From NCBI GenBank assembly GCA_965207735.1, contig OZ242296.1, positions 3,456,001 to 3,520,000 of the forward strand: a stretch of 64,000 nt of DNA, in the 5' to 3' direction. Below the pieces are notes generated by a model. The model saw only the letters and a program-made list of their open reading frames with translations. It was not told the DNA's origin and searched no databases. Positions 17,224 through 29,063 of this stretch are shown piece after piece. Position numbers and translations under genes: made by a program. The stretch comes from Candidatus Versatilivorator sp. (GTDB taxonomy: Bacteria; Acidobacteriota; Terriglobia; Versatilivoradales; Versatilivoraceae). Position 1 is the stretch's first letter. Every line of letters begins with the position of its first letter.

Positions 17224-19431
17224 ATGTCGTTTCGACTGAACAGCAATAGCCGCCGTCAACTCCTGCTGGCTCTGCTGCTGATTGGCCTGGCAGCCTTCTG
17301 CCATCGGCAGGAAGCGCCGCCGGATGCCAATCCGGCCAGGGCCCCCGCCGCCCTCCAGGACCTCTACGGCATCTTCAGCCATGAGATCAGACCCGAGGCG
17401 GTCGGCAACGTCTACCAGGCGGTGGGCAATCGCTTCCAGTTGGAGGGAAAGCTCTACGCCGCGGTCCTGAAGGCCCTCAATGCCTACGACATCCTGCAGG
17501 AGACCACCCGCCTGCCCGAAGCCGACCGGGAACGGCTGCTGCCCAGAAGCCGGCAGGAAGCCAGCGAGGCGTTTGCCGCTCTGAAAGAATCCCTGGACTG
17601 GCCCCGCATTCGGATCGAGGTGGGTGCTGAGGAATTTGCGCTCCAGAGTCTTCCCCAGCTCGACCTTTACCGGGAAATCCCGCAGCCGATTCTGCTCACG
17701 CTTCACAACTCCACTTCCGAGACCAGAATGCTTTCTCTCGGGAGTTCCGGTCTGAGGCTGGAGGTGGACACCCTGGAGGTGGCTCCCTCGGCCACCCGGC
17801 ATCTGCTGGCCCAAATCGATTCCCCCGAGACCGGGGAGGGTGCGGCCTGCCTTTCAGTGACGTCCGAGGGAAGGAGCGTGACCTGGCGCCTCCCCTTCCG
17901 GGTCGCGGAATCCGGTCTGCTGGAGGGGCGGCTGGTGGAGTCTGAGGGCGGCGTCCCCACCATCGGCCGGATTCGAGTGACTGACGAGGAAGGGCGTTAC
18001 CGAGCACCACTCGAGGCCGGCTACGGTTTGGTTCTGCGTCCGCGGAGGGATCCCGCCCGCTGGAGCTATGCTTCAGGAAACTTCCGCCTGCGAGCCCCGG
18101 CCGGCAAGATCCGGATTTCCATCCGGCGCGGCCTGGAATATCTACCCATCGACGAGGATCTCGATCTGGAGGCCGGTCAGACCCTGCGTCGCACTTTTTC
18201 GCTCAACCGGTGGGCAAACATGGAGCGGGAGGGCTGGCATTCCGGAGACACCCACATCCACATGCTGGATCCGCCCAGCGCCCTCTTCGAGATGCAGGCG
18301 GAGGACCTGCGGGTCGGCAATGTCCTCGTGCTGGAACATATGGGAAAGACCTACTCCAGGGAGCACTTCCGGGGCGAGCTGGACCCGATTTCCGATCCCC
18401 GGCACCTGGTCTACTACAACCAGGAGTACCGCAACCAGACCCTGGGCCACGTCAGCCTACTCAACCTCAAGAAGCTGGTGGAGCCCATCTCCACCGGCGG
18501 ACTGGCCGTTCCCGAGACCACCGTTTACCGCTATTCCTACCTGAGACCCTCCCGCAAGGGGTTCCCCCGCCACGGCCAGGCCGGCTGGCCCGACGCCCTG
18601 GTGCTGGACGCCATGCGGGAAACCCACCGGCAGGGAGGGTTGGTGAACTGGGCCCACCTGCGTCCTGCCCAACTCGAGTTCCCCATCGACATGGTCTTCG
18701 GCGGGATCGACACCGCCGACATCCTGACCCACACCCGGTTGCCGCAAACCCTGAAGCTCTGGTACGACCTGTTGAATTGCGGCTTCCGCTTGCCCGCCAC
18801 TGCAGGAACCGACCGCATCGCGCCCGAGGAGCCGGTGGGGCATCAGAGGGTCTACGTCAAGCTGCACGGCCCGCTCACCTACCCCGCATGGATGGAAGGA
18901 CTGCGCCTGGGCCGCTCCTTCGTGACCAACGGACCCATGGTGAGCCTTGCGGTGGACGGCCGGGGGCCCGGAGAGACATTGACGCTCAGCAACCCCAAGG
19001 TCCTTCGCATCCAGGCCCGGGGGCGCTCCCTGCGGCCCTTTGAGCGGCTGGAGATCGTGGTCAACGGGAAGGTGGCGGCCAGCGTTCCGGCTCAAGAACA
19101 GGGCCGCCGCGCGGAACTCAGTCTCGATTATCCGGCCGACCGGAGCCTGTGGATTGCGGCGCGCTGCATGGGGGGATCCCCCGAAGAAGCCTCCATCTGG
19201 ACCCATCCCCTGTTCGCCCACGCCAACCCGGTATATATCGACTATCCGGGAAGGGACCTGGCTGAGGCCGAGAGCGCATGCTATCTGCTCGACTTCCTGA
19301 AGCCGCTGGAGAAGTGGGCTCGCGAGGAAGCCTACTTCGAGAACCCGGCACAGAAGGACCGGGCTCTGGCCACCATCCGCCAGGGCATGGATTTCTACCG
19401 CCGCCTGTGTAACGGCGAAGGCAAGAACTGA
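17224..19431 (+). CDS. Exported CehA/McbA-family (PHP-like) metallohydrolase
   Basis: GWHSGDTHIH, QEYR...LGH, WAH, WYDLLNCGFRLPATAGTD, GRSFVTNGP, FAHANPVY. Confidence 0.8.
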   Translation: MSFRLNSNSRRQLLLALLLIGLAAFCHRQEAPPDANPARAPAALQDLYGIFSHEIRPEAVGNVYQAVGNRFQLEGKLYAAVLKALNAYDILQETTRLPEADRERLLPRSRQEASEAFAALKESLDWPRIRIEVGAEEFALQSLPQLDLYREIPQPILLTLHNSTSETRMLSLGSSGLRLEVDTLEVAPSATRHLLAQIDSPETGEGAACLSVTSEGRSVTWRLPFRVAESGLLEGRLVESEGGVPTIGRIRVTDEEGRYRAPLEAGYGLVLRPRRDPARWSYASGNFRLRAPAGKIRISIRRGLEYLPIDEDLDLEAGQTLRRTFSLNRWANMEREGWHSGDTHIHMLDPPSALFEMQAEDLRVGNVLVLEHMGKTYSREHFRGELDPISDPRHLVYYNQEYRNQTLGHVSLLNLKKLVEPISTGGLAVPETTVYRYSYLRPSRKGFPRHGQAGWPDALVLDAMRETHRQGGLVNWAHLRPAQLEFPIDMVFGGIDTADILTHTRLPQTLKLWYDLLNCGFRLPATAGTDRIAPEEPVGHQRVYVKLHGPLTYPAWMEGLRLGRSFVTNGPMVSLAVDGRGPGETLTLSNPKVLRIQARGRSLRPFERLEIVVNGKVAASVPAQEQGRRAELSLDYPADRSLWIAARCMGGSPEEASIWTHPLFAHANPVYIDYPGRDLAEAESACYLLDFLKPLEKWAREEAYFENPAQKDRALATIRQGMDFYRRLCNGEGKN

Positions 19432-19487
19432 CCGGACGGCCGCCTTCGACTCTTGTGGCCCGCTGCCTCAACTATCCGAGGAATCCC

Positions 19488-21674
19488 ATGACCCCCTCAG
19501 CCAAACTCAGCCTGATCCTGCTGATCTGCCTGACCGTTGGTTCCTGCGCCCGGTCCACTGACGGCCCGACCCCAACGGGAAACGATGGGGCGGGAAACTG
19601 GAAACGGGACCAGCGCAGCTTCGTCTACCTCTCGGAGAGACGCGCCCGCTATGCCGGGATCACCCGCACCGCCGAGGGCCGGCTGCTGACCCTGTTCACC
19701 CACCAGACGGCGCAACAGGAGCGGGACGGCTCGGGAGATCTCCAACTGGTGCGCAGGACCCGCGACGGGGATTGGTGGTTTTATCCGGAGACGATATTCG
19801 AAGGCCGCCAGGGAGAACCCCGGGCCATGGGCACCCTGACCACCCTGGAATCCGGCCGCATCATCGCCCCCTTCGCCGAGCTGAACGACGGCGCCGCCGG
19901 CAGCCGGCTGCGGATGCTGGCTTCCGAGGACCACGGCGAAACCTGGACAGCCAGTGCGCCCCTGGGGACCCACCCCCTGACTTGGGCCATGCCCTATGGA
20001 AGACCCTTCGAGGCGGGCGACCGGGTGCTGATGCCTGTCCACGGGGCCGTCAGCCAGGAAGACCTGGCGGCCACCCGACTGCAGACGGGCCTGCTGCAAT
20101 CCACCGATGGCGGCAAGAGCTGGGGGGATTGGATGCCGATTGCGGTTCCCGGCCCGGAGGCGGACCTCAGCTACGAATTTCCGGCGGTGCTGCCCCTGAA
20201 GGACGGGACCTGGCTGGCGGTCCTCACCCAGAGGCAGTTGAAGAAGCGTCCCGGGCTGCCCCTGGACATTCCGCAGACGCTGGTGCGGTCCTACAGCACC
20301 GACCAGGGCCGGAGCTGGACCCGACCCGAGCCCCTGTGCGTCGGCTCCTGGGCCAGCCTGACCCCCATGGGCGACGGCACGGTGGCCTGCTCCTTCGCCC
20401 TCTGGTCGGCCTGGGGCAGCATGGAAGTCATGTTCAGCGACGACGGCTTTCGAACCATCGGCCACCGGACCCCCTTCGTGGAACACAACTGGCTGCCGGG
20501 CTTTGGACCCAGCGGTTGGGGCGGAGGCTGGGCCCGGGATCCCATTCCCCTGCCGCCGGTGGTCCCCAACCTGCAAGGGGACTGGAAGGCCGGCCACTAT
20601 GGGTTTTCCTCCGGCTTGGCTCTGGACGAGGACCGCTTGATGCTGGTGCTGGGACAGCGGCAAAAGGGAAGCGGCTACACCGACCCTCCCCACGAAGTGA
20701 ACCTTCCCATCGAGAAGGAGCGGATCGAGACCATTGTCATGAAGCGGGTGCAGAAGCCCGCGGCCCCGGCCGCCGAAACTCCCCGTGCCCATGGTGAGCC
20801 GGACGGGCAATGGTATCTGGCCGAGAGATGGCCCGAGGAGGAGTGGCGCCGGAAAGTCGGGCAGCCGCCCAACGACGTGACCCTGGTGCTCAAGTCGGGG
20901 CGCTGGATACGCCTCACCGCCCAATACACCGTTCCCCACCAGCACGGACCCGGCAGAATCCTGGGGCGGGAGCGGGGCTACTGGGTCTGGAAGTCGATCG
21001 ACGGCCTCCACTACCGGACGCACCTGCAAGGCTCCTATTCCGATGATCAGGGGAAGACCTGGAAACAGGCCAAGGTGGAGGACCCGGTGCCGCTGGCCGC
21101 GGCCGTGCACCTGGGGGGTGTGGCCTTTGAAGAGCCGGATGGAACCCTGGTGGCTCCCGTCTACGGCTACCTGAACCAGGACGACATGTCGGTCTCCCTC
21201 TACGTCTCCGCCCTGGTGAGGTCCCACGACGGAGGCGCATCCTGGAGCGACTGGAGCATCATCGCCTTCGACCGGAAGGACCGCTACACCGCCTACAGCG
21301 AGACCCAGGTCATGGCCCTCTCAGATGAGACCTGGGTGGCCTTTCTCCGCAGCGAAAACCGCAGCTACGTCCCGGTAATGAGGGCCGTCATCTCCCGAAC
21401 CCTCAGCACCGACCGGGGAAGGACCTGGAGCCCGCCCCAACCCACTGCCGCGGCCGGTGTGACGGCCGGACTGCGGCTGCCGGACGGAGGCATTGCCCTG
21501 TCGGCTCAGAACACCTGCGGCTGGGGGCTGGCGGTCACCTACAACTACGGCCACACCTGGAACTACGTGCTGCCTGCCACCTACTTCTCGGCCCGGGCCG
21601 GCGTGATCGACGACAAGTCCTTCTGGCTCCACGACGCCCACGGGGGGATCGTGTCCATCTACCGCAGGCCCTGA
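19488..21674 (+). CDS. Sialidase-like BNR/Asp-box beta-propeller lipoprotein (two propeller regions)
   Basis: Lipobox-like VGSC; Asp-boxes SEDHGETW, STDGGKSW, STDQGRSW, SDDQGKTW, SHDGGASW, STDRGRTW. Confidence 0.8.
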   Translation: MTPSAKLSLILLICLTVGSCARSTDGPTPTGNDGAGNWKRDQRSFVYLSERRARYAGITRTAEGRLLTLFTHQTAQQERDGSGDLQLVRRTRDGDWWFYPETIFEGRQGEPRAMGTLTTLESGRIIAPFAELNDGAAGSRLRMLASEDHGETWTASAPLGTHPLTWAMPYGRPFEAGDRVLMPVHGAVSQEDLAATRLQTGLLQSTDGGKSWGDWMPIAVPGPEADLSYEFPAVLPLKDGTWLAVLTQRQLKKRPGLPLDIPQTLVRSYSTDQGRSWTRPEPLCVGSWASLTPMGDGTVACSFALWSAWGSMEVMFSDDGFRTIGHRTPFVEHNWLPGFGPSGWGGGWARDPIPLPPVVPNLQGDWKAGHYGFSSGLALDEDRLMLVLGQRQKGSGYTDPPHEVNLPIEKERIETIVMKRVQKPAAPAAETPRAHGEPDGQWYLAERWPEEEWRRKVGQPPNDVTLVLKSGRWIRLTAQYTVPHQHGPGRILGRERGYWVWKSIDGLHYRTHLQGSYSDDQGKTWKQAKVEDPVPLAAAVHLGGVAFEEPDGTLVAPVYGYLNQDDMSVSLYVSALVRSHDGGASWSDWSIIAFDRKDRYTAYSETQVMALSDETWVAFLRSENRSYVPVMRAVISRTLSTDRGRTWSPPQPTAAAGVTAGLRLPDGGIALSAQNTCGWGLAVTYNYGHTWNYVLPATYFSARAGVIDDKSFWLHDAHGGIVSIYRRP

Positions 21675-21908
21675 GCCGGCGCTTCTCACCCGCTGCGCCG
21701 CTCGCCCCAAACCCTGGCACTGCATGGAGACAGATTATTGTAATGATAGTCGCCAGGCGGCAGCCTGGAGCTCCAGTAAGCCGCCAAGGCGGCGGCAGCA
21801 GGTAGCCGTGGGCGTAAGCCCATGGAAAACTAAGCGCTTACGTTGAGCCGCGTAGGCGGCGGCAGCAATCCCCCGGCCAGGAATGCTGACTAGGTCCGCA
21901 GGCCGACC

Positions 21909-22045
21909 TCAGGCAGCCGGCGAGTACCTGACCGTGAGCCAGACCCCGCGCAGCCTCAGCCCGTCCCGGCGCCTGCCGCCCTTTTCAACCCGGACCTCCA
22001 GCCGATTCATCCCCTGGCGGACCCTTGCCGCTTGAACCGGACAGC
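21909..22045 (-). pseudogene. Duplicated C-terminal fragment of the neighbouring GHL10-like gene
   Basis: CPVQAARVRQGMNRLEVRVEKGGRRRDGLRLRGVWLTVRYSPAA* versus CPVQAETVRQGINRLEVRVEKSGRRRDGLRLRGVWLTVKYPPVA*. Confidence 0.85.
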
Positions 22046-22047
22046 GC

Positions 22048-22165
22048 TGGGGACGTTGTTGAATTGCTGGAATAAGTTGTAAAGAGTGCGTAGGAAACGC
22101 CATTGAATCAAAGCAATGCAGGGGCGGCTCATCGAAGTTATTCCAGTAATTCAACAACGTCCCCA
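22048..22165. mobile_element. 118-bp MITE with 28-bp TIRs (1 mismatch)
   Basis: tggggacgttgttgaattgctggaataa 22048-22075 / ttattccagtaattcaacaacgtcccca 22138-22165. Confidence 0.85.
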
Positions 22166-22361
22166 ATTCACGCTGCGTGGAGACAGATTATTGTAATGAT
22201 AGTCGCCAGGCGGCAGCCTGGAGCTCCAGTAAGCCGCCAAGGCGGCGGCAGCAGGTAGCCGTGGGCGTAAGCCCATGGAAAACCAAGCGCTAGCATTGAG
22301 CCGCGTAGGCGGCGGCAGCAATCCCCCGGCCAGGAATGCTGACTAGGTCCGCAGGCCGACC

Positions 22362-24011
22362 TCAGGCAACCGGAGGGTACTTGACCGTGAGCCAGACCCC
22401 GCGCAGCCTCAGCCCGTCCCGGCGCCTGCCGCTCTTTTCCACCCGGACCTCCAGCCGATTGATTCCCTGACGGACCGTTTCCGCTTGAACCGGGCAGCCA
22501 AGGCGCTCCAGGTCTTCCGGAGCATCCTCCCCGGCGGGCTCGCCGGCTTCAAATGCCAGCTCCTCTCCATTGAGGCGGCCAGCGACCCGTTCCCCAAGGC
22601 TAAGGCCTTCCACCTCCAGCTCCAGGCGGACCCCGGCCGGCCGGCCCGAGCGCCCGGCGGCCTCCAGGTCATCGCCCACCGGCAGCTCAACCGCGGCGGC
22701 CGGCCCCGGATTGCCCCGGCTCAGCTCCAGGGGAAGCTGGCCCGGGTGGCTGGCGATGGCGTAGGGTCCGATGTCCTGGATGTAGTCCACCCCGAAGCGC
22801 TTGTCCCGAAACTGCAGGCTTGAGGCCGACTGAATATCCTCCAGAAGCCCGTAGGCATCGGGTACCGGCCGGCCGTAGGCCAGCATGGGCACCTGGCGGT
22901 AGTGGTAGTTCCAGAGATAGATCCCGTCGGCTCCGGCCGAGAAGATATTGGAGGCCGCACCCCGCATGGTCTCATCCGAACCAAACACCTTCAGGCCGCA
23001 GTTGATGCAAGGGTAGACGGGAACCTCGTGGCGGTGCCCCAGCGTCACCAGCTCCCGGGCCGGATTGGTGAAGACCGTGTATCCCCCGCCGATCAGCATC
23101 CGGTCCACCCAACCCTGCTTGAGCCAGGTCTCCACATCCAGACCGATGCCATTGCAGGCCGCCAGGGTCCCCGGAACCCTGACGCCCAGAAGCAGGGGCC
23201 TTTGACGGGATTCCGACACCTTCCTCACAATCCGGTGAGCCCCCTGGATCAGGTTGTTCATCAGAGCCGCTCCCGCTTCCTCCTCCCCGGGCTTGAAGTA
23301 CCAGGGCATGCGGAAGAAGTTCAGGTCCACCCCGTCCAGGTCGTAGTTCTCGGCGGTGTGACGGACCCACCACAGCCGGTCCTCCCGCACTTCCGGTATG
23401 GCGAAATTCAGGCCGGACCACCTGGCCGCCTCCAGGGTGGTGAAGGGGCTTCCCTTCTGGCTCTGCTCTCCCAGCAGCCACTCCGGATGGGCCACCTTCG
23501 GGGGATAGACCAGCTTCCCTTCAGGCATCCCGAAGGCATCGTGGGTGTCGTTCATGCGGATCGACCCGAAGACCTCCAGTCCGTGGCGGTGGATGCCCTC
23601 GGCCATGACGGGCGTCGGATCGTGGATGGCCTCATTGAGCGGCCGGTCCTGCTGCTGGGTCTGCCAGTAGCGGGTCTGTCCGGGACCCTGGGCGATGCCC
23701 CACATGATGCACCAGGCGATGCTGTCCACCGGCGTCCCCAGGATGGGCTCGAGGCGCAGCCCCAGAAAAGCCTCGGCTCCCTTGGCCGCCTCGGGGTCGT
23801 AGACCAGGTCCCCGTCGTCATCCAGGATCAGCCGCCGCCCGCGTTCCACCGCCCTGCGCCGCGCCTGCTCGAGCCCCTCCTGCCTCCCCGCGCAGCCCGG
23901 CAGTCCGGCCAGCCAGGAGCCTCCCGCCAGGGCCCCGGCCGTCCCCAGGAAACGCCGGCGAGTCAAAGCCGCCGGCTTCCGCCCTTTTACGATTCCGTCA
24001 TCGATCCTCAT
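22362..24011 (-). CDS. Tat lipoprotein, glycoside hydrolase-like TIM barrel (paralogue of 14996-16756)
   Basis: GGAGG RBS; TRRRFL Tat motif and LPGC lipobox; SIRMNDTHD, HPEWLLG, YDLDGVDLNFFR, WLKQGWVD, GADGIYLWN. Confidence 0.75.
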   Translation of the reverse strand: MRIDDGIVKGRKPAALTRRRFLGTAGALAGGSWLAGLPGCAGRQEGLEQARRRAVERGRRLILDDDGDLVYDPEAAKGAEAFLGLRLEPILGTPVDSIAWCIMWGIAQGPGQTRYWQTQQQDRPLNEAIHDPTPVMAEGIHRHGLEVFGSIRMNDTHDAFGMPEGKLVYPPKVAHPEWLLGEQSQKGSPFTTLEAARWSGLNFAIPEVREDRLWWVRHTAENYDLDGVDLNFFRMPWYFKPGEEEAGAALMNNLIQGAHRIVRKVSESRQRPLLLGVRVPGTLAACNGIGLDVETWLKQGWVDRMLIGGGYTVFTNPARELVTLGHRHEVPVYPCINCGLKVFGSDETMRGAASNIFSAGADGIYLWNYHYRQVPMLAYGRPVPDAYGLLEDIQSASSLQFRDKRFGVDYIQDIGPYAIASHPGQLPLELSRGNPGPAAAVELPVGDDLEAAGRSGRPAGVRLELEVEGLSLGERVAGRLNGEELAFEAGEPAGEDAPEDLERLGCPVQAETVRQGINRLEVRVEKSGRRRDGLRLRGVWLTVKYPPVA

Positions 24012-24020
24012 GGGTCCTCC

Positions 24021-24041
24021 GGTATCCAGCATGTATCGCAT
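24021..24041 (-). pseudogene. vapC: 7-codon N-terminal remnant of a VapC toxin (MRYMLDT)
   Basis: ATG overlaps the vapB stop (TGATG); MRYMLDT is the typical VapC start; reads in frame into the downstream hydrolase gene. Confidence 0.7.
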
Positions 24042-24274
24042 CAAAACGCGACTCGGCAGCCATCCGTCAACTCGGGACGGTCGGCCATGAAATCCTCCCC
24101 CACGGGAGGCGCTTCCTCGGCATAGGATGTCCACGTCTTGCGAAGCGGCGCAATGACCAATGCCTCACCTTCCTTGCGGATTATCACCTCATCCACACCC
24201 TCGAACCGAAACGCTTTCGGAATTCGAACGGCCTGACTGCGACCGTTGAAAAACAGCTTGGCGGTAGCTTGCAT
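24041..24274 (-). CDS. vapB: VapB/VagC AbrB-type antitoxin (orphan)
   Basis: GAGGAG RBS; TAKLFFNGRSQAVRIPKAFRFEG...DFMADR. Confidence 0.88.
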   Translation of the reverse strand: MQATAKLFFNGRSQAVRIPKAFRFEGVDEVIIRKEGEALVIAPLRKTWTSYAEEAPPVGEDFMADRPELTDGCRVAF

Positions 24275-24540
24275 AACCACTCCTCGACTCGGACTGACAC
24301 CGTAACTGCATCGCAGCCTATATCACAGGAATTTGCCAAAGAGCAAAAAGACGCAAGAAACCGCTCTGAGAAGGTTGGCAAGACTTCTTCGCGTCTTCAT
24401 GCGCACCACACGCCTGGAGACCGTATGGAGAACAGGGAGAACAATTGATCCGACTGCCCGGAGCGGATTATTTGCTTTATGACCCGGTTCATGGCATAAG
24501 TAAATAAGAAAATCGTCAAGTACGAAAAAGGTATTGTGAT

Positions 24541-24810
24541 ATGAAAAAAAACAAGGACACCTCATCCAGGAAAGGCGGATTGGATCTTGTGAGGGTCCGG
24601 CGGGCAGGGCAGATTACGCTGTCCCGCAAGGTGCGGGAAGCCATGAATCTGGGAGAGGGCGACTACTTGGAACCCCGGTTCACGGAAGGCGGTGTCTTGC
24701 TGCGGCCAGTGAGTGTACGCTCTCGGGAACCGTCGGCGGCTCAGGAAGCGGAGATTTTGGATGTAGTGAACCAGGAACGCCGGAAGTATGCCAAAGAGCG
24801 CCGTCATTGA
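24541..24810 (+). CDS. AbrB/MazE/SpoVT-family antitoxin
   Basis: VRVRRAGQITLSRKVREAMNLGEGDYL; overlaps the PIN gene. Confidence 0.85.
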   Translation: MKKNKDTSSRKGGLDLVRVRRAGQITLSRKVREAMNLGEGDYLEPRFTEGGVLLRPVSVRSREPSAAQEAEILDVVNQERRKYAKERRH

Positions 24811-25219
24811 TACCTCCGTTTTGGTGAGTGCCTTTCTGTTTCGGGAGAGTGTGCCTGGACGGGTCATTGAACTTGCTGAGCGGAACGTTTACACCCTTTA
24901 TCTTTCCCCGATTTTGATGGAAGAAGTGACGCGGTCACTTCACCATCCGCGCCTGCAAAAGGCCTATGGGTATGCGGACGCGGATGTGCGAGTCTGGTGT
25001 CACACTTTGAAGACAATTGGGACGGTGTGGAAAAAGGCATTGCCGGACATTGGGTCTGTGTGTCGTGATCCTGATGATGAACATGTGATCGCGTGCGCGC
25101 ATGTCGTGGGTGCGTCGTGGATAGTAACAGGCGATCATGACTTGCTTGACCTTGAGGGGTATAAGGGAGTGCGAATCGTGTCTGCCCGAACGTTCCTGGA
25201 AGAAATGGCGGTTCTGTAG
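24788..25219 (+). CDS. PIN-domain toxin (PIN_3/TIGR00305-like)
   Basis: AVIDTSVLVSA, CRDPDDEHVIACA, IVTGDHDLLDL. Confidence 0.88.
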   Translation: MPKSAVIDTSVLVSAFLFRESVPGRVIELAERNVYTLYLSPILMEEVTRSLHHPRLQKAYGYADADVRVWCHTLKTIGTVWKKALPDIGSVCRDPDDEHVIACAHVVGASWIVTGDHDLLDLEGYKGVRIVSARTFLEEMAVL

Positions 25220-25544
25220 TCCTGAAACAAACGCCTGCGCCTGGTGGCTGGAAACCGGTTCATGGTCGAGCATGGGCAGATTGTTGATTCACATCGATGT
25301 TCAATTTATGGTCCTTCTCGATGGATCTGCCCAGTCGCGGGGGGCGGGCGCCCGGCCCGCAGGCAAACGGGAGTCTCCCAAAGGGGACAAGCCGGCTTTC
25401 AGAGAAATCGCCCGCCGGATACCCCCCACCGCACCATCGGGACGACACCAACGGGACAAAAGTGCAGAAGCATTTTGGCGCCAGTTGTCGTTGAAGGAGG
25501 TCCATCAGCCCTCGCGCCTATTCGTGTTCATTGGTGGTTCGTCT

Positions 25545-28705
<3,161 letters not shown>

Positions 28706-28709
<4 letters not shown>

Positions 28710-28981
28710 TTGCCTGTTTTTTCAATGAAGGGAATCGGGCGATGGGATCTTCGCTCCGGCACCTCCAGATTGGTGCCGCGCGGCACGTTCTCTACGAGCC
28801 ACTGGCCGAGAGGCTTGCGGGGCCGCGTTTTTTCCTCCCACACCCTCGCGGGCACCGCCACGAAGGGCTTCCGGGTACCGATGCGCTGCGGCCCCTCTTT
28901 CTCGGCCAAGCGCAGGACCTCGGACAGACGGGCCTTGGCCTCGGCGACGGTCCAGACGCGGTTGGGGGCGGTCTTGTTTAC
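28706..28981 (-). pseudogene. Orphan Phd/YefM-like antitoxin lacking a canonical start codon
   Basis: (V)NKTAPNRVWTVAEAKARLSEVLRLAEKEGPQRIG...; AGGAG plus 7 nt precedes GTA; stop overlaps the hsdR start (GTGA). Confidence 0.65.
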
Positions 28982-29063
28982 GGTTACGCTCCTGAGCGGA
29001 GAATATGGTCCAGTATTAAAGAGTGAGGAGAGCGATCTTGGACACGGGATCCGGTGATATTAG

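Larger units (their letters stand above)
21725..22498. repeat. About 320-bp direct duplication (21725-22045 and 22178-22498, period 453 bp)
   Basis: Near-identical intergenic part containing REP-like agccgc..ggcggcggcagc and gccgtgggcgtaagcccatgg motifs, plus a diverged copy of the 3' end of the 22362-24011 gene. Confidence 0.9.

Noticed and set aside
21725-22498. Possible CRISPR array or integron attC array
   Set aside because: Only two long copies, with no regular short repeat-spacer periodicity and no cas or intI gene.
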